A DNA stretch of 64,000 bases from an archaeon (GTDB lineage Archaea > Asgardarchaeota > Thorarchaeia > Thorarchaeales > Thorarchaeaceae): positions 1 through 64,000 of the forward strand of contig JAJRWI010000077.1 of the NCBI GenBank assembly GCA_024276825.1, in the 5' to 3' direction. The notes beneath the pieces were generated by a model. It did not search any database. It saw only the letters and a program-made list of their open reading frames with translations, and was not told the origin of the DNA. Shown piece by piece: positions 39,449 through 49,658 of the stretch (position 1 is the first letter of the stretch; each line of letters begins with the position of its first letter). The translations under genes and the position numbers were made by a program.

Positions 39449-40261
39449 CTAAAACCGAGCTGGCTCATTAATGCCATATTCTTTCAGTATATTATAGGCA
39501 TCAGTCAATCGATATCCAACATCTCTGGGACAGTGAGCATCAGAGCCAATTGTGATGGTTTTTATGCCTCTGTCAATAAGCGCCTTGATTATCTTTTTAC
39601 TTGGCATTGGTTCATTCTGTCCTTTTCTCCAAGATGATGTGTTGATCTCAAAACCCACATTATTTTTTATCATCTTCCTTCCAAGCTCATCAATATATTC
39701 TCTCCACAAGTCATTGACCTCACCACCATATATGTCCTCACCAAATCTTCTGTAGATATCAATGTGTCCCAATACATTCACAAACGACATAGAAGTGGCA
39801 TCAATTAACTTTGAATAATATAATTCGCCCATCTCTTCCAGAGTGTGTTTCTTAAATATGACATCCGCATGTTCTCTGATTGATATTGCAAGATGATCAA
39901 TCAAATGAACCGATCCAATAACAAGGTCAAAATCTGTGTTAAAGAACTGTTCTGGCAAGTTCTCTAATACTTCTGGATAGATGTCGACTTCTACTCCAAG
40001 TAGAACTCGCAGCCCCTTTTCATTATACTTGTCGCCAATTACTCTAATTGAATGCTCATAATGTTCTAGCCATTCGCCCTGACGAATGTCCTTTTTTATT
40101 CCATCAATTATTACATAAAAGTCGTCACCCTTGGGATCAGTATCGAGGTGTGTTGTGAATGCAATCGCTTGAAGTCTTCTATTCAATGCGGCTTCACAAA
40201 ACTCATCAAGAGTTCCTTTGGCATCAATGGAATACGATGGGTGAATGTGATAATCTATCAT
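39449..40261 (-). CDS. PHP-family phosphatase (histidinol-phosphatase HisJ/HisK-like)
   Basis: DYHIH, GSVH, GHID, FEINTS and GSDAH motifs. Confidence 0.88.
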   Translation of the reverse strand: MIDYHIHPSYSIDAKGTLDEFCEAALNRRLQAIAFTTHLDTDPKGDDFYVIIDGIKKDIRQGEWLEHYEHSIRVIGDKYNEKGLRVLLGVEVDIYPEVLENLPEQFFNTDFDLVIGSVHLIDHLAISIREHADVIFKKHTLEEMGELYYSKLIDATSMSFVNVLGHIDIYRRFGEDIYGGEVNDLWREYIDELGRKMIKNNVGFEINTSSWRKGQNEPMPSKKIIKALIDRGIKTITIGSDAHCPRDVGYRLTDAYNILKEYGINEPARF

Positions 40262-41469
40262 GGTGACTCTTCCAAATCTAACACTATTGCATTCTTGTCC
40301 TTCTCATCAATAAATAGTGCGGCGATTGTTGCAAGTAGAGAGGTGCCAACCAAGAAGAGTATTGATGCACCAAGTCCAAAAGCGTCTCCTATTGCTCCGA
40401 AGATAATAGGGGCTACTGCGCCCGGAACTGCACCAATTGAGAACAATATACCGAATGCGAGACCTCGCGCATGCTTTGGACTGATCTCGGTTTCAAAGGC
40501 CTGGTTTGGAGGAACACCGAAGAAGTAAAAGAATCCAATTGCCATCAGCACCATTATCAAGGCAAAATTATCAAGCGAGTAATTCAACATTAATAGAAAT
40601 GGTGCCATAAGGCCAGTTGATATTATTATGAATGGTTTTCTTTTTCCAACCCTGTCAGATAATGGTGCAGATACGAACTGCCCAAAGAGACCTGTGACTA
40701 ACATTAATGTTGTGAGTGATCCTGCCCATATTGGCTCATAGCCGTAGCTCATAACTAGATACAATGGCATTAGTAGTGTGGTACATCTGAAAGGCATTCC
40801 CCGAAGTCCTGATACGACTAGAGCGACAACGAAGTTCTTTGTCCAACCATCAGGGCCATCCTGCTCGATCTCTTCCTCCTTAACTCTCTCGGTCTTAAGG
40901 TTCGCATAAATCATTAGCAATGCTATCGGAGCAAAAACAAGAAATCCGACACCTGCTAGAATTGTCAATGAGACTCGCCATAGCCCATATCGTAGCAGTA
41001 GGCCAACGCCAAGGATTGGGATCAGTGCCATGCCAATCAGGCCACCAGCCGCCTGGATCCCTGTTGCTTTTGCTCTATAATTCGTGGGAAATCTCTCAGT
41101 CAATGCAGGAAACGCACTAGGGTGATAGGGTGCAGCACCAAAACCCAACAGTGCCATGCTTACAGCAAGAAACAGAAATGATGTGGCAAGACTTGAGATG
41201 AGAATAATCAATGCGGTGATCAAGACACTTAATGGAATGAAGATGTCTTTCCAACCCTTATCAACTAGATGCCCGACAAACAGATGTGATATAGTCATAG
41301 TGACAATTGCGGCACTCGTCACAGCTCCTGCTTCAGTCAGAGTGAGATTCAACTCATTCTTTATCGCTGGCAAAAATGGTGCAAGTGCCCCTGTGTACAT
41401 GTGATTCATAAAATGTGCGAGAACGCATGCAAGAAGTACTGCATAAGATGCTCTTGTCACTTTACTCAA
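40258..41469 (-). CDS. MFS transporter
   Basis: About 12 TM helices; LSDRVGKRK motif; YHP. Confidence 0.9.
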   Translation of the reverse strand: MSKVTRASYAVLLACVLAHFMNHMYTGALAPFLPAIKNELNLTLTEAGAVTSAAIVTMTISHLFVGHLVDKGWKDIFIPLSVLITALIILISSLATSFLFLAVSMALLGFGAAPYHPSAFPALTERFPTNYRAKATGIQAAGGLIGMALIPILGVGLLLRYGLWRVSLTILAGVGFLVFAPIALLMIYANLKTERVKEEEIEQDGPDGWTKNFVVALVVSGLRGMPFRCTTLLMPLYLVMSYGYEPIWAGSLTTLMLVTGLFGQFVSAPLSDRVGKRKPFIIISTGLMAPFLLMLNYSLDNFALIMVLMAIGFFYFFGVPPNQAFETEISPKHARGLAFGILFSIGAVPGAVAPIIFGAIGDAFGLGASILFLVGTSLLATIAALFIDEKDKNAIVLDLEESP

Positions 41470-41717
41470 TGCCTAGTTCACTCCGCCATGGAGTGGCAGG
41501 CCATCCTTTAGTTAAAGATGATGATTTACGTCATTTTTTTTTTAAAAAAGCAGTGTGGTTGGATTTTGACTGATGATCCGAGAAGTCCCAGATCATCAGT
41601 CGGCATCCGTTCGACTCGGTTTTTTATTGCAATAGACATATGAAAATCCTCCTTTTAAAGCTCCGAAACAGCGCAAGTTAGGTGTATCTAAATACACTTA
41701 GACAACCATTTCATCTT

Positions 41718-43685
41718 TCATAGCATGCCTGCAATCCATTGGACGATCTGATATGCTAGAATGTCATCTTCAATACTGATGTATCGGCCATTGAGTCCCC
41801 AATTGTCAATAAAATAATTTGTTCCAGTGACTACAATACGTCCATTATTGGCACCCTCTAAGATTCCAAGAACTGGCAATCCCATATATGAAGCAACAAC
41901 AATTCCTTCTGAGGGGACCACGATAGGGGCTCCAAGGTAATCGAAGGATGTGACACCATCTGTTATTGAGTGAGCTGCTATATCCTCAATGCCTACAGGA
42001 TTATCATTCATATCAATGCGTGAATAATCCAAAGAAAAGTTACTCCATGCAAGGAACTCGTTCAATGAATTAACATCAAGAGTGTCATTCGATAATCCGA
42101 CCACAAAAATTCCTCCCCCAGCATCATAATATTCATGATATGCCTGTATCTCAGAATCATTGTATGTTAATGAAAACAAAACTGGATTCAAAGGGTCGGT
42201 TTCATTCACATCCCAAACACATGGATCCAGAACAACCACTGCATCAAACTGCTGAAGCAGGTCAAGGGTGATGTTTGTCCTGTAACGTATCTCGGTCACT
42301 GAAATATTATTATGAGTGAGTAATAAATAGAACTCCCTAAATTGACCGTATATCGAATCAATCGCCCATAGTGTATGTGAAATATCAAATGCAATCTTGG
42401 CTCTTGGTTCGGCTAACATGAACTCAAAAGTTGTTTTGACTTCTCCATATTCATCTGATGTGAAATGTACTGAACCCAGATGGCTTAAGATAAGAGGATC
42501 AACCTCGTCTGGTAGATGCAGAGTGATCTGTACAAGTCCAGTCTGATTAATCGTGATTGTTTCAGGAAAGTCATAGATGTCCATGTCCGAAATATCACTG
42601 ATTTCAAAAGTTGTGTATCCCGATGAGAAGAGATGAATATTGAATGTATAATTAGTTCCATAGAACAATCTATCAGTGATGACGGGGAGTGTTTCCGGCA
42701 AGACATATGACATTTTGACCCTGCTATCTTCACCAATACTCGATTGCAGAAGGCTTAACGCACTATTCACATTTAATTTACCTGCACCAACAAAGTATGA
42801 TGGGGCTGATAACGGAGTGGCACTCTTCAAAAGCAATGTCATGATTGTGCCGGCGTTGTAGATTACATCATTATCCTTACAATAGGCAATCAACTGGGCT
42901 GCAGCTGCAGATACTCTTGGTGCAGCAAAACTTGTGCCATAGTAGATATGAGTCAGGTCCCGTGCCTCTCCAGTGGTTGAGATGTCAGGCTTTATGACTC
43001 CATCATATGTTGGTCCAATGCTTGTATAGTATGCTGGTGAATCAGTAGAATCTAAGGCCCCCACACTAAGTGCATACACCGAGATTCCTGGTGTGTTTAT
43101 GCTACTTCCTCCAAATCCGCTATCCCCCTCATTTCCTGCAGCTGCTACAACAATCACTCCTTTTGAGAAGGCATATTTCACAGCCTTTTCTAATGGGTCG
43201 CCCACTGACGGAGTTCCACCAAGACTGAGATTGATCACATCACTGTTCTCTTCAACAGCCCAGTAGATTGCGGCGCTGATTCCTGCAGTTGTTGCCATTC
43301 CATCATTGCCCAGAACTCTGGCATTAATAATCAATGCGTTGGCATAGTTCTCAGCAATAGTCTTTGCCACCAATGATCCATGAGGAGTCCCATCTGGTTT
43401 GCTATCATTTGGACTGGAATCATCTACATCATAACCATATTGCTTGAGGACAAAGCTCTTTTCTGATACAATGTTGATACGACTGGAAAAAGTTGCATCA
43501 ACCCCCGAGTCAATGACTGCGATTCGAATACCCTGACCCGAACTGAAGGTGTTTGGCGTGATTAGTATTGATCCAGTCCCGATGACGATCATTATAACAA
43601 AAATTGCTGCGATGATCTTAATACTACCTGAAGAACCCTTTTTCCTAGGCGCGGTTTCCCATACTAAAGCCATAACTTGCACCAA
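41718..43685 (-). CDS. S8 subtilisin-like serine protease with N-terminal anchor and C-terminal GATase-like domain
   Basis: Catalytic motifs IDSG, HGS.VA, AAGNEG and GTSFAAP. Confidence 0.92.
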   Translation of the reverse strand: MVQVMALVWETAPRKKGSSGSIKIIAAIFVIMIVIGTGSILITPNTFSSGQGIRIAVIDSGVDATFSSRINIVSEKSFVLKQYGYDVDDSSPNDSKPDGTPHGSLVAKTIAENYANALIINARVLGNDGMATTAGISAAIYWAVEENSDVINLSLGGTPSVGDPLEKAVKYAFSKGVIVVAAAGNEGDSGFGGSSINTPGISVYALSVGALDSTDSPAYYTSIGPTYDGVIKPDISTTGEARDLTHIYYGTSFAAPRVSAAAAQLIAYCKDNDVIYNAGTIMTLLLKSATPLSAPSYFVGAGKLNVNSALSLLQSSIGEDSRVKMSYVLPETLPVITDRLFYGTNYTFNIHLFSSGYTTFEISDISDMDIYDFPETITINQTGLVQITLHLPDEVDPLILSHLGSVHFTSDEYGEVKTTFEFMLAEPRAKIAFDISHTLWAIDSIYGQFREFYLLLTHNNISVTEIRYRTNITLDLLQQFDAVVVLDPCVWDVNETDPLNPVLFSLTYNDSEIQAYHEYYDAGGGIFVVGLSNDTLDVNSLNEFLAWSNFSLDYSRIDMNDNPVGIEDIAAHSITDGVTSFDYLGAPIVVPSEGIVVASYMGLPVLGILEGANNGRIVVTGTNYFIDNWGLNGRYISIEDDILAYQIVQWIAGML

Positions 43686-43890
43686 TCTGACTCTGGTCTG
43701 ATGTTCTCAACGTAAGAGCAAGTATACATGAACTTACCGCTTACATCATAATTGGCATGTTGAATCTTACTATACTGGAAACTTTGAAAAGGCATTCTTC
43801 ATTATGTCAAAATACTTGGGCTTATCGATGACAACTTAATTTATCTATGAGAAATACAAACAACAATAAGCCGATAGAGAGGGACAAACA

Positions 43891-46833
43891 GTGTCTATGA
43901 GCGAAGCCATCCAACCAACTGAATCGTCCGAACCTTCTTTTCACGCCATCCCCCTAGAAGAAATCTATAGGATTCTTGAAGTCGACCCTTCTACAGGACT
44001 GTCTAAAACTGAGGCAGTCAAGCGCATCGAGAAATATGGACCAAACACAATTCGAAAGGTCAAGGGCTCAATCTGGCAAGTGTACATTGCACCAATATTG
44101 AACTGGTTGATCACAATTTATCTCATCAGCTCCTTTGCGCTTGTTGCATTAGCCTATTTTTTCCCTGAGGCTTACAGCAATGAGAATCCTCTTGCTCAAG
44201 CAACCCTGTGGCTTGGTGTTGTCTTCATCAACTGTATTGTTGCAATATTTCAACAGATTCGTGCACAGAAAAAACTGGAGGCACTTGAAAAGCTGTCTGC
44301 TGGTGAGGCGCGAGTAATAAGGAATGGCGTTGAAGTCAAGGTAAGCCCTGATGAGATAGTCCCTGGTGATATAATAAAGCTGGAACAGGGTGATAAAATT
44401 CCTGCGGATGGCAGAATTATCAACTGCAGCAATTTTGCCACAAATGAGGCCTCACTTACTGGTGAGAGTGTTCCTGTCACCAAATTTGCTGATGCTAAGG
44501 TGAACGAAGATGCCCCCCTCACTGATATGGCCAACACAGTGTTTCTTGGAACATATGTTGCAACTGGCAATGCACTAGTCATTGTCACTAAGACTGGAAG
44601 CGATACTGAGATTGGCAAGATTCAGGGTGAACTTGAACAATTGAACACTGGGGACATCCCCCTTCGGAAAAAAGTCAATATGTTGGCAAAGTATCTAGCA
44701 ATCACAGCAGTAGCTCTTATGACCCTTTCAATTTTCTGGCCCATGTATGGGCTACCACTCTTTGGATATGCTTTCGATATGACGATACCTGAGGCACTGA
44801 GTGTTGCTATCATTAAAGCAATGACAATCATGCCAATAAACATCCCCCTCCTGACGACCATTGTGCTTCTTACAGGAGTTCTTGCTATGGCCAAGAAGGG
44901 TGTTATCATAAGGGATCTCTCCGCTGTTGAGAGCCTTGGCCGTGTCAGCATTATCTGTTCCGACAAGACTGGAACAATGACAAAGAATGAGATGACAGTC
45001 AAGTACATCTGGGATCTAGAAAACCTCTATTATGTGACTGGAGATGGCTACTCACCTAGAGGTGACATCTTCAGATTACAGGACGAGCAGCAGGTGGACC
45101 CACTAAATCTTGATAATGCAGTCAAGGTGACTGATGTTCTTGGATGGCGTGGGCTTTACAGGATTATAGTCAATGGCGGTATAAATAATGACTCTGCAAT
45201 CGAGAAGCGAGAGCTTCCCGATCAGGGTACGGTCTGGCTACCAATGGGTGATCCCACTGACGCAGCACTCCTGACTCTATTTAGAAAGAGCGGTCTGAAT
45301 GAAGATGCTCTGCATGAGAAATATCGGGTTGTGAAAGAATTCCCATTTGACTCTGAGCTCAAGAGGATGTCAAAGATATGTGTTGATGAAGATAAGTTCA
45401 TTGTGTTCACAAAGGGTGCAACCGAGATAATTCTTCCTCGCTGCACTATGATTAACGGAAGCAAAGAGCCCTCTTACATGACTGAGAATGATGTGAAGAG
45501 AATTCGCGAGCTAGCGGACAGCTTTGCATCAAGGGGTTATCGTGTAATTTCACTCGCCTATCGCCGAATGGAAACACTCCCTCTATCTGAAGATGCAAGA
45601 GAACAAGCTGAAACCAACCTCATATACTTGGGATTTGTCTGCATTGTTGATCCACCAAGAGAGGGTGTAAAAGAGGCTGTTGAAGCGTGCCATAATGCAG
45701 GCATAAATGTAGTAATGATCACTGGTGACTCAGCACCTACTGCAAAGACCATCGCTGAAGAACTTGGCATCTATCAGGCCAACTCCCTTGTTGTTGAGGG
45801 TAGTGATATTGAACTACTGTCTGATGATAACTTTGTGCGAGTGAATGTCTTTGCGAGAGTCAATCCTGCTCACAAGCAAGTCATTGTCGAACGCTATCAG
45901 AATGAGAAGAAAGTAGTAGGTATGACTGGTGATGGTGTCAATGACGCTCTTGCACTTGCGATGAGTGATGTGGGCATTGCTATGGGGATAACTGGTACAG
46001 ATGTAGCAAAAGAGGCCGCAGATCTTGTCATCACAGATGACAGCTTTGCATCCATTGTCAAAGGTGTAGAACAAGGCCGTGGTCTTATCTCGAAGATTCG
46101 AATGATGATTTACTTCTACATCGCTATTAATCTGTTTGAGAGCATCATCTTCTTCGGCGCAATGTTCGTTCTTCCCGAAGTTATGAGTCTGCTGACCAAT
46201 TGGCAGGCCCTCTATCTTGTTGTCACTACACACTCATTTCCTGGACTTGCTCTCGTCTTTGATAAAACGTCGCCTGGTGTTATGAAAGAGAAGCCCCGTG
46301 ACAGCGAAGAAATCATTACTCGCTCACTGGCGAAATTCATGGCATTGCATGTTGCACTCATGGCACTAGGTGCAGCACTAATCTATGCGATAACCTATAC
46401 ACAATGGTTGGGCCTAATCCCAATTAATCCTACAAATCTAAGTGGGTATTACCCAATGTTTGCACCATTTGAGGATGGTAGCCCGACTGTTCAACCAATA
46501 CACAAGGCTGCAATGATGATGCTTACAGTGTTTCTGATCGTTGAGAGCACTGTGGTGTTGATAGTCCGAAGGATAAACATGCCAATTACAAAAGGCATCA
46601 GAGAACCCGGAATACTACGTTTTGCTGTACTTCTTGGACTGATTTATCTTGCTCATCTATTGTTGATGTACAATGTTGCTGTGCAGGAGATTCTTGCGAT
46701 CTACAACCTCAATTTTTACTTCATTCCGCTCTCACTGTGGGATTGGGTGATCTGCATCTTGTTCTCATTGCCGGCCATAATTGGAATGGAACTGTACAAG
46801 TCACATTTGAGATCTAGGGGAGTAACTCTATGA
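43891..46833 (+). CDS. P2-type cation-transporting P-type ATPase
   Basis: TGES, DKTGT, KGA, MITGD and TGDGVND motifs; about 10 TM helices. Confidence 0.95.
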   Translation: MSMSEAIQPTESSEPSFHAIPLEEIYRILEVDPSTGLSKTEAVKRIEKYGPNTIRKVKGSIWQVYIAPILNWLITIYLISSFALVALAYFFPEAYSNENPLAQATLWLGVVFINCIVAIFQQIRAQKKLEALEKLSAGEARVIRNGVEVKVSPDEIVPGDIIKLEQGDKIPADGRIINCSNFATNEASLTGESVPVTKFADAKVNEDAPLTDMANTVFLGTYVATGNALVIVTKTGSDTEIGKIQGELEQLNTGDIPLRKKVNMLAKYLAITAVALMTLSIFWPMYGLPLFGYAFDMTIPEALSVAIIKAMTIMPINIPLLTTIVLLTGVLAMAKKGVIIRDLSAVESLGRVSIICSDKTGTMTKNEMTVKYIWDLENLYYVTGDGYSPRGDIFRLQDEQQVDPLNLDNAVKVTDVLGWRGLYRIIVNGGINNDSAIEKRELPDQGTVWLPMGDPTDAALLTLFRKSGLNEDALHEKYRVVKEFPFDSELKRMSKICVDEDKFIVFTKGATEIILPRCTMINGSKEPSYMTENDVKRIRELADSFASRGYRVISLAYRRMETLPLSEDAREQAETNLIYLGFVCIVDPPREGVKEAVEACHNAGINVVMITGDSAPTAKTIAEELGIYQANSLVVEGSDIELLSDDNFVRVNVFARVNPAHKQVIVERYQNEKKVVGMTGDGVNDALALAMSDVGIAMGITGTDVAKEAADLVITDDSFASIVKGVEQGRGLISKIRMMIYFYIAINLFESIIFFGAMFVLPEVMSLLTNWQALYLVVTTHSFPGLALVFDKTSPGVMKEKPRDSEEIITRSLAKFMALHVALMALGAALIYAITYTQWLGLIPINPTNLSGYYPMFAPFEDGSPTVQPIHKAAMMMLTVFLIVESTVVLIVRRINMPITKGIREPGILRFAVLLGLIYLAHLLLMYNVAVQEILAIYNLNFYFIPLSLWDWVICILFSLPAIIGMELYKSHLRSRGVTL

Positions 46834-46964
46834 TTAAGTATCCCAGAATCACATCTTGCATATGAAGAGCAATTCATGCAAAGTATATACATTATATAAA
46901 ACGCAAGAAAATATGTGGAACTCTATAAATAGCGCTTTCTATCCATTTATCATGGGCAATTTCA

Positions 46965-47804
46965 ATGGCACGTGTTACAACACACAAGATCAAACAGATG
47001 AAAGCAAAGGGCAAAAAGATTGTCATGCTCACCGCCTATGATACTCCCACAGCCAAGATTCTCAGTGATTGTGGTATTGACATCATCCTTGTGGGCGACT
47101 CTGTGGGCAACTCTCTGCTAGGCTACGAGAGCACAATTCCTGTGACCCTCAATGACATCATCCATCACTGTGCCGCGGTTTCAAGAGCGCATCCCAAAAG
47201 CCTTATCGTTGGAGACATGCCCTTTATGACCTACAAGGTCAGCATTGAACAGGCTTTAGAAAACTGTGGGAGGATGCTTCAAGAGGGTGGTGCAGAAGCA
47301 GTCAAGATTGAAGGTGGCGGTAAGGTAATAGAAAAGATCGAGGCTGTTGTCGATGCTGGGATACCGGTAATGGGACATATAGGCCTTACACCACAGTCTA
47401 TCTATGAACTTGGCGGCTATAGGGTGCAGGGCAGGACCGCAGAAACTGCGAAGGCGCTTGTAGAAACCGCAAAAAAGATTGAAGCCGCAGGGGCATTCTC
47501 TCTTGTGATAGAGCTTGTGCCCTCAGATACTGCCAAGTTAATCACAGAATCAATCAATATTCCGACAATAGGTATTGGGGCAGGTCCTTACTGCGATGGG
47601 CAGGTCCTTGTTCTATGGGACATGCTGGGGCTCTTTGATGAGTTTAACCCAAAGTTCTTGAAGAAATATGCCAATATTCGCAGTGTGATAACTGAGGCTG
47701 TAAATCAGTATTCTGATGAGGTCAGGGAGGGTATATTTCCCGACAAAGAACATAGCTTTGAACTCTCAGAAGAGGAGTCTGGTCGGCTCTACGGTCGCAC
47801 CTAG
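46965..47804 (+). CDS. panB: 3-methyl-2-oxobutanoate hydroxymethyltransferase
   Basis: MLTAYD, LVGDS, DMPF, VKIEGG, MGHIGLTPQS and IGIGAG..CDGQVLV motifs. Confidence 0.97.
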   Translation: MARVTTHKIKQMKAKGKKIVMLTAYDTPTAKILSDCGIDIILVGDSVGNSLLGYESTIPVTLNDIIHHCAAVSRAHPKSLIVGDMPFMTYKVSIEQALENCGRMLQEGGAEAVKIEGGGKVIEKIEAVVDAGIPVMGHIGLTPQSIYELGGYRVQGRTAETAKALVETAKKIEAAGAFSLVIELVPSDTAKLITESINIPTIGIGAGPYCDGQVLVLWDMLGLFDEFNPKFLKKYANIRSVITEAVNQYSDEVREGIFPDKEHSFELSEEESGRLYGRT

Positions 47805-47822
47805 CCGACCTTCAACATTCTT

Positions 47823-48044
47823 CTACTCTTTCTTTATCGTTTCATTAAGTGCTTTAACTAAGGCATCTGGATCAATTCCATGAGCTATGGCACCCTGTTC
47901 GATGTTCTCAAACCTCGCTACAGCACAGCCATAGCAATGCAATCCCCACTCTAGAAAAGTTCCCGCAGTTTCAGGCCATCGGACAACTACTTCTCCAATT
48001 GTCATCTCTTTTGTAATCTCTTCATCAGTCATCTTTTTCTTCAC
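47823..48044 (-). CDS. DUF1858-family small protein
   Basis: ITKEMTIGEVV..WPE...GLHC.GC....FENIEQGA.AHGID pattern. Confidence 0.85.
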   Translation of the reverse strand: MKKKMTDEEITKEMTIGEVVVRWPETAGTFLEWGLHCYGCAVARFENIEQGAIAHGIDPDALVKALNETIKKE

Positions 48045-48145
48045 CGATTCAATTAACTATGATTAATTTTTATTAATTACTTAAATATATGTTGTCGGCG
48101 GCATGACTCTGTTCGAAACTAATATTGGCTTATCAAGGTGGCATT

Positions 48146-48430
48146 CTACTCAGTACTAACAATCTCATTCACAAGTTTGATTAATCGTGGGATCTTTTTG
48201 TTTGCAATCTTATAGAGACGCTTTTGTCCCTCTTTGCGGGAAACCAGAATCCCCGATTTTACTAGCTGTGTGAGATATGATGACACTGTTGATTGTGACA
48301 CACGAATGCTGGGATGAATCTCACACTGACAGAGCTCGCCATCCAGCAACATCTGGATGATCTGCAACCTGACAGGATTGGCAAGTGCTCTGTAGAACTC
48401 TGCAGTTCTTTCAAATGTGTTCTCTGTCAT
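48146..48430 (-). CDS. ArsR/SmtB family transcriptional regulator
   Basis: ALANPVRLQI, ELCQCEI and SQSTVS.YL motifs. Confidence 0.92.
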   Translation of the reverse strand: MTENTFERTAEFYRALANPVRLQIIQMLLDGELCQCEIHPSIRVSQSTVSSYLTQLVKSGILVSRKEGQKRLYKIANKKIPRLIKLVNEIVSTE

Positions 48431-48460
48431 ATAAACACCTCATTCATACTATAAATCTTG

Positions 48461-48477
48461 AATATTCGAATATTGAG
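48461..48477. promoter_or_regulatory. Putative ArsR operator
   Basis: Perfect palindrome AATATTCGAATATT (48461-48474) upstream of arsR; TCGAATATTGAG recurs at 48525-48536. Confidence 0.5.
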
Positions 48478-48668
48478 ATATTATTTCATCACTTCTATAA
48501 GAATCCCTTGGTTTGAAAACTCACTCGAATATTGAGGACTTATTGAAGACAACGATAATCTTCAGATATGGAAATGCTCAAGTGAATTTTTGCTGCTTTC
48601 AAAGATAATATTTAATATCTCGGAACGAGTTTCAATTTGAGTCTCATGAAACTAATGGAGGAATTCAC

Positions 48669-49511
48669 GTGGGGATAATAGAATTCGACGATTCGGATTT
48701 TGGCGAATTGAAAAAAGATCAGCTGACTTGGTTTCTGCCCACAAGCATATTATTTGGAATTGGATATCTGGGGTTGATCTTTGTCTACTTGCTCATGATA
48801 CCAATTTCATATGAAATGGCAATGTCTGCTCCATTCATTGCATTAACGACAGCTATGCATGTTCTTGTGCTCGCTCGCTTTTTTGGACTTCTGGGGCTCT
48901 ATGGCAAATACAAGAATAGTCTATGCCTTCTTGCATCAATTCTTATTTATCTTGATATACTCCTTTTAGCTCCAATTCAAGTAGGCCTTGCCACTCTTGC
49001 CAATTTGATTGGTGATCCCTCATTGTTTTTTTCCATGAATACAATCTTCAATTTTGCAATGTCGTTTGTGATATTCATTGTTATTGCACAATCTCTGATA
49101 CAACTTCGCCCACGATTGAAATCTCCTCAATTAGTCAATCTATTCATAATTGTTGGACTCATTTTCATGGCATATACTATATTGGACATTTCGGCTTTCA
49201 CTCTCAATCTATTCTTTGAATATCGACTATTATCCAGCTTGATTGGAGTGGTATTATTTGGCTCGTTCTTTCTCACTCTTCTTGGAATCTTTTACACTGA
49301 ATATGATGAGAGTGTTGTCCCACTATCAGAACCCTTAACTTCATCTATCGAGATTCTGATGGGATCCATTCTTCCTGTTATCGGTATGTCTTTCATTGGC
49401 TATTCGCCAATTGTGGCTTTGGTGTTGATTGTGGTCGGAATAATTCTATTGCACCTCATCTATTCTGAGAGAAAACATAGTTTAGAATCATTTACAAGTA
49501 TCGAAGATTGA
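48669..49511 (+). CDS. Hypothetical polytopic membrane protein
   Basis: 280 aa, mostly hydrophobic helices; GGAGG RBS. Confidence 0.78.
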   Translation: MGIIEFDDSDFGELKKDQLTWFLPTSILFGIGYLGLIFVYLLMIPISYEMAMSAPFIALTTAMHVLVLARFFGLLGLYGKYKNSLCLLASILIYLDILLLAPIQVGLATLANLIGDPSLFFSMNTIFNFAMSFVIFIVIAQSLIQLRPRLKSPQLVNLFIIVGLIFMAYTILDISAFTLNLFFEYRLLSSLIGVVLFGSFFLTLLGIFYTEYDESVVPLSEPLTSSIEILMGSILPVIGMSFIGYSPIVALVLIVVGIILLHLIYSERKHSLESFTSIED

Positions 49512-49658
49512 ATGTGAATGATATTAATTCATCGGACCAGTTGACCACTTTGAGAAGATTTGAAACAGGATTACTTTGCATTATAGTTGCTTATATAGCA
49601 TTATAAAAATATTCCAATATAGCGATATTCCTATTTGACGAATAATTGAATTTGTAGT

